NCBI GenBank assembly: GCA_963786955.1
Contig: CAWBAT010000009.1
Span: 320,001-384,000, forward strand
Source: an uncultured Acidimicrobiia bacterium
GTDB lineage: Bacteria; Acidobacteriota; Terriglobia; Versatilivoradales; Versatilivoraceae
Length of the DNA: 64,000 bases
Direction: 5' to 3'
The notes below the pieces were generated by a model. It worked only from the letters and a program-made list of their open reading frames with translations, made no database searches and had not been told where the DNA came from. Position 1 is the stretch's first letter, and each line of letters begins with the position of its first letter. The position numbers and the translations under genes were made by a program. Below, one piece after another: positions 33,704 through 43,818 of this stretch.

Positions 33704-34570
33704 TCAATCAGGGCTTTTGAGCCTGCTTTCGGATTTCAGTTTGGCTTCCTGCCAGAATTTCTCGAGTTCTTGAATATCACTTTGGCTGAAATCCCTACCC
33801 GCCTCGCGCAAGCAGTGCTCAATATGTTGAAATCTTCGAATGAATTTCTTGTTGGTTTTGCGAAGCGCTGTTTCTGGGTCAATTTTTAGAAATCGCGCAA
33901 TATTCACCGCCACAAATAGAAGATCCCCAACCTCCTGTTCCACCCGGGGATCGATAGGTCCCTCCTTCTCAGTCTGCAGCGCTTCTTTCAACTCATCGAC
34001 TTCTTCGTGAAGTTTCTGAAAAATTCCCTCGATATCCGACCAGTCGAAGCCAACCCGGGCTGCTTTTGTCGTCAGCTTGTTTGCCTCAAGGAGCGCAGAC
34101 ATGGGGGGGATCCCTTCCAGAATAGAAGGCGTCGAATTCTCGGCCATCATCGCCGTCTGCCGTTTCGCTCGCTCGGCCTGTTTAATGGATTCCCAGTTCT
34201 GGATGACTTCCTCAGGCGAAGAAGCACGTTCATCTCCGAAGACATGAGGATGCCTGCGGATCATCTTCGAAATGATGGCATGGATCACGTCCTCGATTCG
34301 GAAACTTCCCTCTTCATCTGCCAACTTGGACAGGAAAATCACTTGAAACAGAAGATCGCCCAGTTCCAGACACAATTCTTGACGATCCCCCGTATCCAGA
34401 GCCTCGAGAACTTCATAAGCCTCTTCCAATACCATGGGCTTCAGTGTATCGAAGGTCTGCTCCCGATCCCAGGGACAGCCTTCTGGCCCTTTTAATCGAT
34501 CCACCAGAGCGACCAATTCTTCAAATGTATTTCCTTTGTTCAATGCCGTCTCCATTCCTTTCTGGGACAA
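33704..34570 (-). CDS. mazG: Nucleoside triphosphate pyrophosphohydrolase MazG
   Basis: GCPWDREQT, EEAYE, ELGDLL, KMIRRHPHVF, GFDW, EVGDLLF. Confidence 0.95.
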   Translation of the reverse strand: MSQKGMETALNKGNTFEELVALVDRLKGPEGCPWDREQTFDTLKPMVLEEAYEVLEALDTGDRQELCLELGDLLFQVIFLSKLADEEGSFRIEDVIHAIISKMIRRHPHVFGDERASSPEEVIQNWESIKQAERAKRQTAMMAENSTPSILEGIPPMSALLEANKLTTKAARVGFDWSDIEGIFQKLHEEVDELKEALQTEKEGPIDPRVEQEVGDLLFVAVNIARFLKIDPETALRKTNKKFIRRFQHIEHCLREAGRDFSQSDIQELEKFWQEAKLKSESRLKSPD

Positions 34571-34847
34571 TCAGGTCTCATGCATGCAAAACCCTTACTC
34601 CACATGGAGACCTAACATTTCCACAGGGTTCAGAACACCTGCAACGCAAGCCAGGTCTGAACGGCTCAGATCTGCGTCTATGTCCCAACTTTTGACGGTA
34701 ATTAAAGACTGCCGCTACCGCTTAATCTTGCGAATGGAAGAGTCGGACAACAGGCCGATTAATTCTTTCCGAACCTACACTTCCCAAGCTGCTCAAAAAC
34801 TTGCTATCATTTTGCATCAAATATTCAAAAAGCCAAGAAAAGTTCAG

Positions 34848-36453
34848 ATGAACTCTATTCGCCAAAGAACACGATTACTACTTGCGCTCATATTTTACTG
34901 CAGTGTCACTGTGGGAAGAAACAGTTCGAGGACAGGATCTTCATCCCAAGCAACCGCGGGCGGGCGGACGATTGCGACTGGCTGCACAATCGCCAAGCTC
35001 TTTGGATCCGATACGGTCGCAGTCTTATTGGGAATCAGAAATTGTGCTGCAACTATTTGACGGATTAGTGCGGCTTGATCCTTCATTAAATATTGTCCCC
35101 GCCATTGCTCAGGATTGGTCGATATCGCCCGATGGCAGGGTTTATCAGTTCGATCTTCGAAAGGGGTAAGGTTTCATAACGGCCGCGAAGTCGCGGCAGA
35201 GGATTTCGTTTATTCCTTCTCACGATTGCTAGATCCAAAGGAAGAATCACAAGACTCGCATCCTTACTTACAAATCCGCGGTACAAGCGACTTGCGTCAA
35301 GGGAAGACATCGGTAGTGAGCGGCCTTCGTGCCAAAGATCAATACCACTTCCAAATTATCCTGGAACATCCTATGCGCCATTCTTGCGTCTCCTGGCTCT
35401 TCAACCCGCTTCGGTGGTTCCCCAAGAGGAATTTGCGCCAGGCAAGAATTTTTCGACAGAAACCCGTCGGGACGGGCCGTTCCGGTTGGACTCATGGGAC
35501 ATCGAAGTCTAAAATCCGATTGAAGGCGAATCCCGATTATTTCGGAGGGAAACCTTTCCTCGATGAGCTGCAAATCCGGACTTTCTCTGCTCTGAGCGCA
35601 AAAGAAAGCTATCAGGAATTTCTCGAAGGGAAGCTGGATCTTTCTTTTGTTCCGACGGAGCGCAGTATCTCGAGGCAAAAAACAATCCGAATTGGATTTA
35701 TGTTAGCCGCCCCGTACTTCGGTTTCTTTATCTAGGAATGAACATGAACGACCCCTCATACAAAATCCCGATGTCCGCAAAGCCATCTATCATGCCATTA
35801 ATAAGAAAGAAGCAGTCGGCCAGGATTTGGATTATGAGGTGACTCATGCCATTCTTCCGTTTTCGCTCCTGGGGTCAAAGTATTCAAAGCAATCGGACCC
35901 CTACGCTCCCGAAGTCGCGCGGCAAGCTTTAAAGCAATTCAAATTGAAAGGAGGAAAAAATGTGCCTTTGCAGCTTTGGCATGCCTATGTTTCCGACTCC
36001 CGAACCCGCCTACTCTCTCAAATTTCCAGTGAGTCTGAACGCCGTTGGCTTTAACGTTGAACTCAGATTAGTCTCATCGATGAACGAACTCCTCACGAGG
36101 ATTTATTCCAGACAGACCCAGCTCTTCCTGCTTGGAGAACAGATTGACTTTCCGGACCCAGATGCCCTATTCGACCGCCTCTTCAACTCAAAGAGCCACG
36201 GGAATCCCTTTGGTTATCACAATCCTGTTGTGGACCGTTTGCTCATGGAAGCCCAGGAAACTCTGGATGACGAACAGCGTGCCAGGCTATACGGTGAGAT
36301 TGAGCAAATGATTTTGGCCGATCACGCCATCTTGCCCCTGGCGTGTGTCAAATACTCCTACGTCCATTCCCGGCGATTTAAAGATCTGGATGTGTCCGTG
36401 TTCTGGGATTTCAGTATCTCCCTTTCCGTCAGGTTTGGGTTCAAGGTGAATGA
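34848..36453 (+). CDS. Family-5 ABC transporter substrate-binding protein (multiple frameshifts)
   Basis: SLDP, LFDGLV, W.ISPDG..Y.F.LRKGVRFHNG, PVGTG, ANPDYF, DFPDPD; no permease genes adjacent. Confidence 0.8.
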
Positions 36454-36464
36454 AGCGGAAAATC

Positions 36465-38192
36465 TCAATTCCCGATGTTCTCCAATTCCCGTTCTACTGA
36501 TTCCATGAGCGGGAGTAAGACATCCGGCCCGAAATCAAACCGGATATTGGCGCCGGTAAATAGTTCGGGCAATGGTCGGCTTCCACCCAATTGCAGAGCG
36601 TTCCAGTAATCGTTGACGGCCTTGCCGAAATCTTTCTTTGAATTCAACCACACCTGCAGCGCACCCAGTTGGGCAATCGCGTATTCAATATAGTAAAAAG
36701 GCAACTCGAAAATATGCAATTGGCGGTGCCAACTCGTCGCCTGGATATGTTCCAACTGGCTCCAGTCCTCAATTCCTCCAAAGCGCCGATGCAACTCGAG
36801 CCAGGCTTTCCGGCGTTCTTCGACAGAATGCTCGGGGTGAGTATAGATCCAATGCTGGAAGGCATCGACCCTGGCGATCCAGGGTAAAATGTCAATGATC
36901 CCTTCGAGGTGTCTTTTTCTCGATCGATTGAAATCTTCCGAAATCGGGTAGAACACACTCAGGAATTCCCCCCCCAGCAGTTCCATACTCATCGACGCGA
37001 CTTCACAGAACTCAATCGGGGCGTGGCGATAATCCGTTAAGGGTTCGTCTCCGGGTAGCAAAAACATGGAAGGCATGGCCAGACTCATGGAGCAGCGTCC
37101 TGACATCGCCATCCAACCCGACCGCGTTCATGAAGATAAAGGGGAGACGGGCTTCTTCCAGAGAGGCCTGGTACCCTCCAGGCGCCTTCCCTTTGCGGCT
37201 TTCGAGGTCCAGCAAACGGAGCTCCCGCATCGTCGCAATGAACTCACCAAATCGATTGTCCATCTTCCTGGTGATGTTCAAGCAACCTTCCACCAGATCT
37301 CCCGCTTCTTGAAAAGGTTTCAGAGGTGGACGGTTTTGGGGATCCACACTCAGATCCCACGGGCGCAAGTTTGGCTAGATTGAGATCTCTTGCCCGCCGC
37401 TCTTCGATTTTTCGCATGAGCGGAACGACCGCTTTTTCAACGCCTTCGTGGAAGCGAAAACAATCTTCAGGTGTATAATCAAAACGTTCCAGGTGTTTGA
37501 AAGCATAATCCCGGTAAGAAGTGTATCCGGCGTTAAACGAAATCTTCCGCCGCAGCTCCAGAAGATCATTGAAAATAGTCTCTAGCCTTTCGGACTCCCT
37601 CCAGCGTACGTCCACAACAGCCTTCCACGCAGCCTCTCGCAGTGAACGATCCGGGAATTCCTGGTAACGGCTCATTTGCTGCAGAGTCTGCTCCCGGCCT
37701 TCGAATTCAACAGTCAGTGACCCGATCAGTTTCTGATAATTTTGCGATAATTTGGATTCTTCCGTTTCAAGCCGGACGTTTTCCTCACGGAATAGATCGA
37801 CGTCATTTTGAAAGGATCGTTTCAAAACAAAGTATCGCCGACTGGGGAGATGATTCCAAGACGGTGATTGCAAGATCTTGATCTTGAGCCGGTGGTCGGC
37901 AGACTTGACGTTTTCCGAGATTTCTTCAAGGTAATCAAAATAGGATTTCTCCAGATCTTTGTTTTCAGTGTCGCAGGTCATGCGGATGTACCGCACAGAG
38001 CCTTCCTCCTGAATAGCATCCATCAACTCACTCCGGTTCAGGAGCCAAGATTCCAGTTGCGCGGGTGTATCCAGTGGGCTCCGCTCCAGCAGTTCAAACA
38101 ACGGGAGGATATTTTGCCATCGCGAAAAATCCAAGGGAGCAAGAACGAATCGGCGCCCAAATTGATGAGGGAATGTTCGTCAGTACGGTCAT
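36465..38192 (-). CDS. M3-family oligoendopeptidase F (frameshifted)
   Basis: KGKAPGGY, HESGHAFH zinc motif, EVASMSME, WHRQLHIFELPFYYIEY; AAAGGAG RBS before ATG at 38192. Confidence 0.9.
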
Positions 38193-38416
38193 AGAATAAA
38201 TTGGCTCCTTTCCAGCTGAAACCCGTATATGCTACGAGGAGACGAGAATAATTGCCAGGATAGTTATTCAATCCTTAATACGGTCCTGTCAGGGAGAATC
38301 CTTTGAACATGAATCCTGAAAACCCCTTGGAATACCTTGAGTCTTGTTTTGAAACTGGGTGCTTGGCATCGGTCCTTCCTGCCACACCTTGCGTTCACAG
38401 CCAGTGAAGAAATAGA

Positions 38417-39616
38417 ATGACCCAATTTCGAAGTAGATCAGCCTGGCAGGCTGCAGAAAGGATTCCTTACTTTGTCTTTCTTTATTCGCTCTTGGGTGTC
38501 TCCCTTCTCGCCCTCATCCTCTGGGATTCTTTTGAAACCATCATCCTTCCTCGCCGCGTGACTCGCCGGTTCAGGCTGACGAGAACGTTTTATAAGTACA
38601 CGAGGACCCCTTGGCTCCAGATTGCGCGCCGGATGAATCCTGGCAAGAGGCAGGAAGGATTCCTGAGCGTTTTCGGGCCTCTTTCTGTGTTATTGCTCTT
38701 CGCGGTGTGGGCGGTGGGACTGATTCTGAGCTTCGCGATGCTGCAATGGGCGACAGGCAGAGGAACTGGGGGGGGATGGAGCATTCAGTCTTTTCGAGCC
38801 GACCTATACCTGAGCGGAACAACTTTTTTCACGCTTGGCCTTGGGGATGTCACGCCGCATACACCTCTGGCGCGGTTCGTGACGGTTGCGGAGGCTGGAA
38901 CCGGCTTCGGCTTTCTGGCCATCGTGATCGCCTATCTGCCTGTACTCTACGGAGCGTTTTCCCGGCGCGAGGTCAACATTTCGCTGCTTGACGCTCGAGC
39001 AGGATCTCCGCCGACGGCAGCGGAACTCCTGCGACGGCACTCGCGGCAAAACAACCTGGAAGCGTTGGAGCAATATCTACTTGCGTGGGAAACCTGGGCT
39101 GCGGAGCTGATGGAAAGCCATCTCTCATATCCTGTTCTTTGCTATTTTAGATCTCAACACAACAACCAGTCTTGGGTTTCAGCCCTAGCCACAATCTTAG
39201 ATTCCTGCGCTCTGCTCATCGCACATACCGAAGGGGCCCTCCGCTGGCAAGCCGAGCTGACCTTCGCTATATCGCGGCACGCCCTCGTGGATTTGGCTCA
39301 GGTTATTGCCGTCCCACCCCGACCACCCTCCGTGGATCGTTTCGACCCCGTTATCTTGACAGAATTGCGGGTAATCTTAGGTGCCGCCGGCGCACCGCTC
39401 TGCAAGGCACGTGCAGCCGAGGAGACGCTCACCCAACTCCGGCAGATGTATGAACCTTTCTTGTTCGGCTTTTCGGAGCTCTTACTCATGCCCCTTCCGG
39501 TCTGGCGTACAGGCACGGGCTTCGTTGACAACTGGAAGACTAGCGCTTGGGGAAGGGTTTCAACCGCGGCGGGTATCGTCCCTGTTTTGCCAGTCGAAGA
39601 GGACGACCATGCTTAA
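38417..39616 (+). CDS. Two-TM potassium channel family protein with long C-terminal domain
   Basis: YLSGTTFFTLGLGD pore signature, FSRRE, ESHLSYPVLCYFRS. Confidence 0.82.
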   Translation: MTQFRSRSAWQAAERIPYFVFLYSLLGVSLLALILWDSFETIILPRRVTRRFRLTRTFYKYTRTPWLQIARRMNPGKRQEGFLSVFGPLSVLLLFAVWAVGLILSFAMLQWATGRGTGGGWSIQSFRADLYLSGTTFFTLGLGDVTPHTPLARFVTVAEAGTGFGFLAIVIAYLPVLYGAFSRREVNISLLDARAGSPPTAAELLRRHSRQNNLEALEQYLLAWETWAAELMESHLSYPVLCYFRSQHNNQSWVSALATILDSCALLIAHTEGALRWQAELTFAISRHALVDLAQVIAVPPRPPSVDRFDPVILTELRVILGAAGAPLCKARAAEETLTQLRQMYEPFLFGFSELLLMPLPVWRTGTGFVDNWKTSAWGRVSTAAGIVPVLPVEEDDHA

Positions 39617-39733
39617 GTCACACTCTCCCGAAGACATGCAATGAAGACATGTCGCTGCCCGGTCGGAATAAATCGAGAATTTTCAAAAAGGGTGTAAGTT
39701 AATCTTCCCGCATACTTCTTCCCTGTCCTGCGC

Positions 39734-39806
39734 TGTAGCGGCGCTCTATGAGCGCCGTTTCCTTTCATTTCAACGGCTTTGCCGGCGCTCATAGAGCGCC
39801 GCTACA
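39734..39806. repeat. REPIN: perfect inverted pair of GTAG-family REPs
   Basis: TGTAGCGGCGCTCTATGAGCGCCG at 39734-39757 and its exact reverse complement at 39783-39806. Confidence 0.9.
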
Positions 39807-42381
39807 ATTTCTTCTCACCTGCAGGATCTGGGGGGGGCAATGGAGTGGATTCCGATTTTCTAGCGGGAGCAGAAAAGCTGTTCTGCGCCATATCCCCGGT
39901 TAGCGTCTCTTTGACCGAAGCACCGATACTTCGAACATGGAGGTCTCGCTGTGGGAAAGGAATTTCGATACCTGCTTCTCGCAATGCCTTGGCAACGGCG
40001 ACCGCCACATCGCTCTTCAGTTGGAACCACGTTTCCTGCCGGGCAGACCAGAAGCGAAGCTCGAAGTTCAGCGCGCTCTCCCCAAAACCTAAGAAAAAAG
40101 CCATCGGCTCGGGGTTAATCATGACCCCGGATTTTGACTTCGCCACTTCGACGAGCAGTTTCAGAACCCGTTCGGGATCTGTTCCGTAGGCTACCCAACG
40201 GGCACTTCGACACGCCGCCAGGACGATGACAGGGTCCAATTGATGACCTGATTCGAGATCAATTGCTGTTGGGCACAATCACTTCTGCATCCTGGAAAGT
40301 TTGAACCGTACTTGAACGGGCTCCTATCCGCTTGACCGTACCAGCCATTCCTCCGATGTCCACGGTATCACCGACTCGAATGGGCCGCTCGAAAAGCAGG
40401 ATCAATCCAGAGACAAAGTTATTCACGATATTTTGCAAACCAAAGCCCAACCCGACACCAACGGCCCCTGTGACCACAGTAAACTTATTCAAATCCACGC
40501 CATTGCATCAGTATAGCCGCCATGATAACCAACACTAAAAGGATATAATAGGTAAACTTCGAGATTGCGTACGGAATGCCTTGCTGTAGGGGCAATCGCA
40601 AAAGCACAGACTTTTCGAGCGCAAAGGTGAGAGACTTTGCCAGGGCGAGACCGAGAGCAAGATAAAGAAAATGCTCAGTGTCACCTCCAAGCGTGAAATG
40701 AAACTTTCCGACACCGAGACGGGAATTCGAGCACACTCGGACACGGCGCCCGCGATGTTGTCATAGATACTGAAAAAATACAGTTCGGTCCTTAGCCACA
40801 GCAAGAAAGCACCAGAGCCAGGATGCGCTCGCCCCAGCGCTCAATGTTCTCCCGGCGCCCTTGGGTCAGAGAGCGTCCCCGGTCACTGCGCAAAGCGATA
40901 ATTAGAACCAGAACAAGGATGCGTGCTGTGCTGTAATAGGCGGCCGCTATAAAGGCGCCGACGAGCGTTCCGCGCCTGAGGACTAAGAGACAGGGAACAA
41001 AGCCAAGAATATTGGCTGCAAGAGAGGCAACTAGCAGAAACACCCCGACTCGGAACGCGACGACCAGTGCCTTCAGGCTCCGGCCGGACATTCTGCAGTT
41101 GGCGCAACCGGGATCGACGTGCGAACCAAACAAAGATGACAATCGCGGCCAAAACGACAATAACCGAGATTTCCCGCTTCAGCACCGGCTCAGATAGGTG
41201 TTAAGATTCGTATCCCCTCAACCAGATTGAATGCGGCCAATGTATAGAGAAAAGGTCGCAATCCTGGCTCCAGCAGAGGTGGAAACAACCGCAACGTCAG
41301 AATCAAGCCAAGAAGGTAGACGACAACGGCTATCTCACTCGGAACAGTGGCAATTTGACCAATTATTCCCAGCAAAGCCAGTAGCAGTGAGATCGAGAAG
41401 GGGTGAGCGAAAATCTCCGCAACTTCTGGAGAAACTCCCGGAAGTGTCCCCGTCGCTAACGTAACGCTTCAACTTAAAAGCCACAATCAAACCCAAGATA
41501 AACAGGCACGAGACGGCGAACATGCGGCCTTTCTTGGCGCTCAAATAATCCCAGGGGCTCGTTAATTCTCGATCGATAGGTCGACGGAACAGCATGCTCA
41601 TGGACTGATCGGTCTTGCGCAACTCGCGCGGCTCCCAAAGCGGATAGTTATCCCTCTCCAGCAGGCGACCACGCAAGCGATCCTGAGCAATTCCCAACTT
41701 AGTCAGCACGTCTGAAATCTGCTTGTCTTGCAGCGAGACCTGGTTTTGGAGTGTCAGAACCTGGTTTAATTGCTCCTTGGCCCGCTGGCGGGTGACACGG
41801 ATTGCGTCTAGCTTCTGCCGGATCCGTTCGATGACGGCTTGAATCCCGCGGGTATCGTGGATCTGGTCCCAAGTCGCCTGCCACTGTAGTTGCTGCTCAT
41901 CAAGTAGCCGGAACTGGTTCTCCAGGTCGGCAGCCCGAGCCTTCAGAAGCTTGCGCTGGGCAGCAAATGGTTGGCTCAGAGTTCGCCAGTAATGCTCTTC
42001 GTCTCGGAGTTCCAGGGTGTTCGGTCTGCCGTCGAGCAGATGTTCCACTTGTTGCAGGCGATCACGAATCTCTTCATCCTTGGCCTTCGCCATGCTTTCA
42101 GACGGAAGCTGACTCGCCGTGGAGATTAATTGACCGGAAATTTCCTGTAACAGGAGATCCAATTCCTCAGCCCGGTCAGCAACTTGCGGCAGGGGAATCC
42201 CTTGATTAGGGGGGGGAGGTGTTGAAGACGCCGCGGGCACTGGAGGTTGGACGGTTTGGCTCGGTGCCTGGCCTGCCTTCTTCTTTCCCGGCGTCTGAGC
42301 CTGCCCAAACGGCACTAACAAGAGCGAAGGAAGTGAAGAGCAACATCACGATCAAAAAGCCTTGCCCTACTCTCTTTTCAA
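39802..42381 (-). CDS. Large mechanosensitive channel of the MscS/MscK type (many frameshifts)
   Basis: Periplasmic coiled coil, TM region, GVGLGFGLQNIVNNFVSGLILLFERPIRVGD, VPNS, GIEIPFPQRDLH. Confidence 0.85.
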
Positions 42382-42954
42382 GATGAGCTCCCTTGAACCG
42401 ATTCTGCTTTGGTGTGACTGCCCGGCCAGCTCTGGGGCTTTCGTCCCAGGAGAATGGTGACAGAAGACGCTCAGTCACTGAATTCTTTCCTTTGAAAAAG
42501 TAGCTGGGCTCGCATGCAGCATCATTCACCTTACTCCGTCGATCTGAGTTGGCTTGAGACTAGCATCTTGGGAATCACCCGGCAACGGGCTTTTGCATTC
42601 ACCTTTTCGCATCGCAAGTTATCTTGAGCGTAGTCATGAGGAATTTACCACGGGGGACACAGGGATTCTTAGCTTTTGAAGGGAACAAATTTCGCAGCCG
42701 GCGCAGAAATGCAAAACCCACGTGCCTACGCCACCCTCGGATATTTTGAACTTCTGCAGCAATCAAATTCATCGTGGTGCGACTCCGAAATACGAGCCTG
42801 CCCAACCAGCTGTTTGACAGGAAAGCTTGCCTTGATAGCACGGAAATAGCGTGCTTTTAGGGCGGATTACCCAAAGCCAATTTCAAGGAATCATACCTTA
42901 TTCAGGAAAAGCTCAAAATGTCTATTGAGAATAGGTATTGCAGGGTAGGGTCGG

Positions 42955-43272
42955 CTAATCTTCTAGGGGAAAAAGGAAACGGAAGCCATACATCCCTGTA
43001 TTCAGGTGGTCTACAACCTTTCCCCAGGTGATGTTGATCATTGAGATAAATCCCGTGCGGTCAGCCAAGCTGAGCGTCGATCCAATACTGATCGGCCGCT
43101 TGGAAGTAAAACTCCCGCCGCACTCGCTGAGATCGCGGGTAACAACCTCTTCCTCAAAAAAATCTCCTCGCTCATCTTTGCCACCCAGCCTGAAATGAAG
43201 TTCGACTTTGTGACGGGTACATTGACGATCTTGGACGGGTTTTTGCGAGTCGTCTGGGGCAAGATTGTTCAT
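42955..43272 (-). CDS. Stand-alone PilZ-domain protein
   Basis: RQCTR (RxxxR) and DLSECG (D/NxSxxG) c-di-GMP motifs, terminal YGFRF strand. Confidence 0.75.
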   Translation of the reverse strand: MNNLAPDDSQKPVQDRQCTRHKVELHFRLGGKDERGDFFEEEVVTRDLSECGGSFTSKRPISIGSTLSLADRTGFISMINITWGKVVDHLNTGMYGFRFLFPLED

Positions 43273-43420
43273 TTTAGAAGTACGCTTCGGACAGTAGCCC
43301 TGGTTTTGGCAGCTCTACAGCACCGCATCAGGACCTTTGTTCGGACTATCAATTCAAAACCAATGAAAGGAACCAGAGATGAACTGCCCATCAATAAGAG
43401 CACAAATACGTTCCAACTCA

Positions 43421-43475
43421 TGCACCCAGGTTTCCATTTGGTCTAAACGATAAACTAAATGCTAAGTCATTGATT
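43421..43475 (-). promoter_or_regulatory. Putative sigma-54 promoter plus IHF consensus site upstream of the PilZ gene
   Basis: Minus strand TGGAAACCTGGGTGCA (43436-43421); AATCAATGACTTA (43475-43463) matches WATCAANNNNTTR. Confidence 0.5.
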
Positions 43476-43643
43476 TGATAAATAGAATAGCCTCTAGACA
43501 ATAAAGCCTGCCTCCTCCTCTACGGAATGGGAGTTGCCCGTTTGAGGAATTTTTGTGAAAAGTATTACACACAGTGACCGAGGAGGTCCCGAACAGAAGT
43601 TTCGAAATATCTTTGTGTTCAAGAGGGTTTATGGAGGGGGAAA

Positions 43644-43721
43644 TGCAGGCGAGGACGCCTGCACTACAAACCCAGAATGTTTTCCACACCCAACATGACA
43701 AGCAGGCAGGCCTGTCGCTAC
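43644..43721 (-). repeat. Two tandem GTAG-type REP hairpins of other families
   Basis: Minus strand GTAGTGCAGGCGTCCTCGCCTGCA and GTAGCGACAGGCCTGCCTGCTTGTC. Confidence 0.65.
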
Positions 43722-43818
43722 ATACAGAGATATATCTTGCCTCTCCCCTCATGACCTGACAAAATTTTTGTACTTCGATTTGTGTCCAGAAACTTCGGGC
43801 GGGTGAAAGTGAAGTTGA

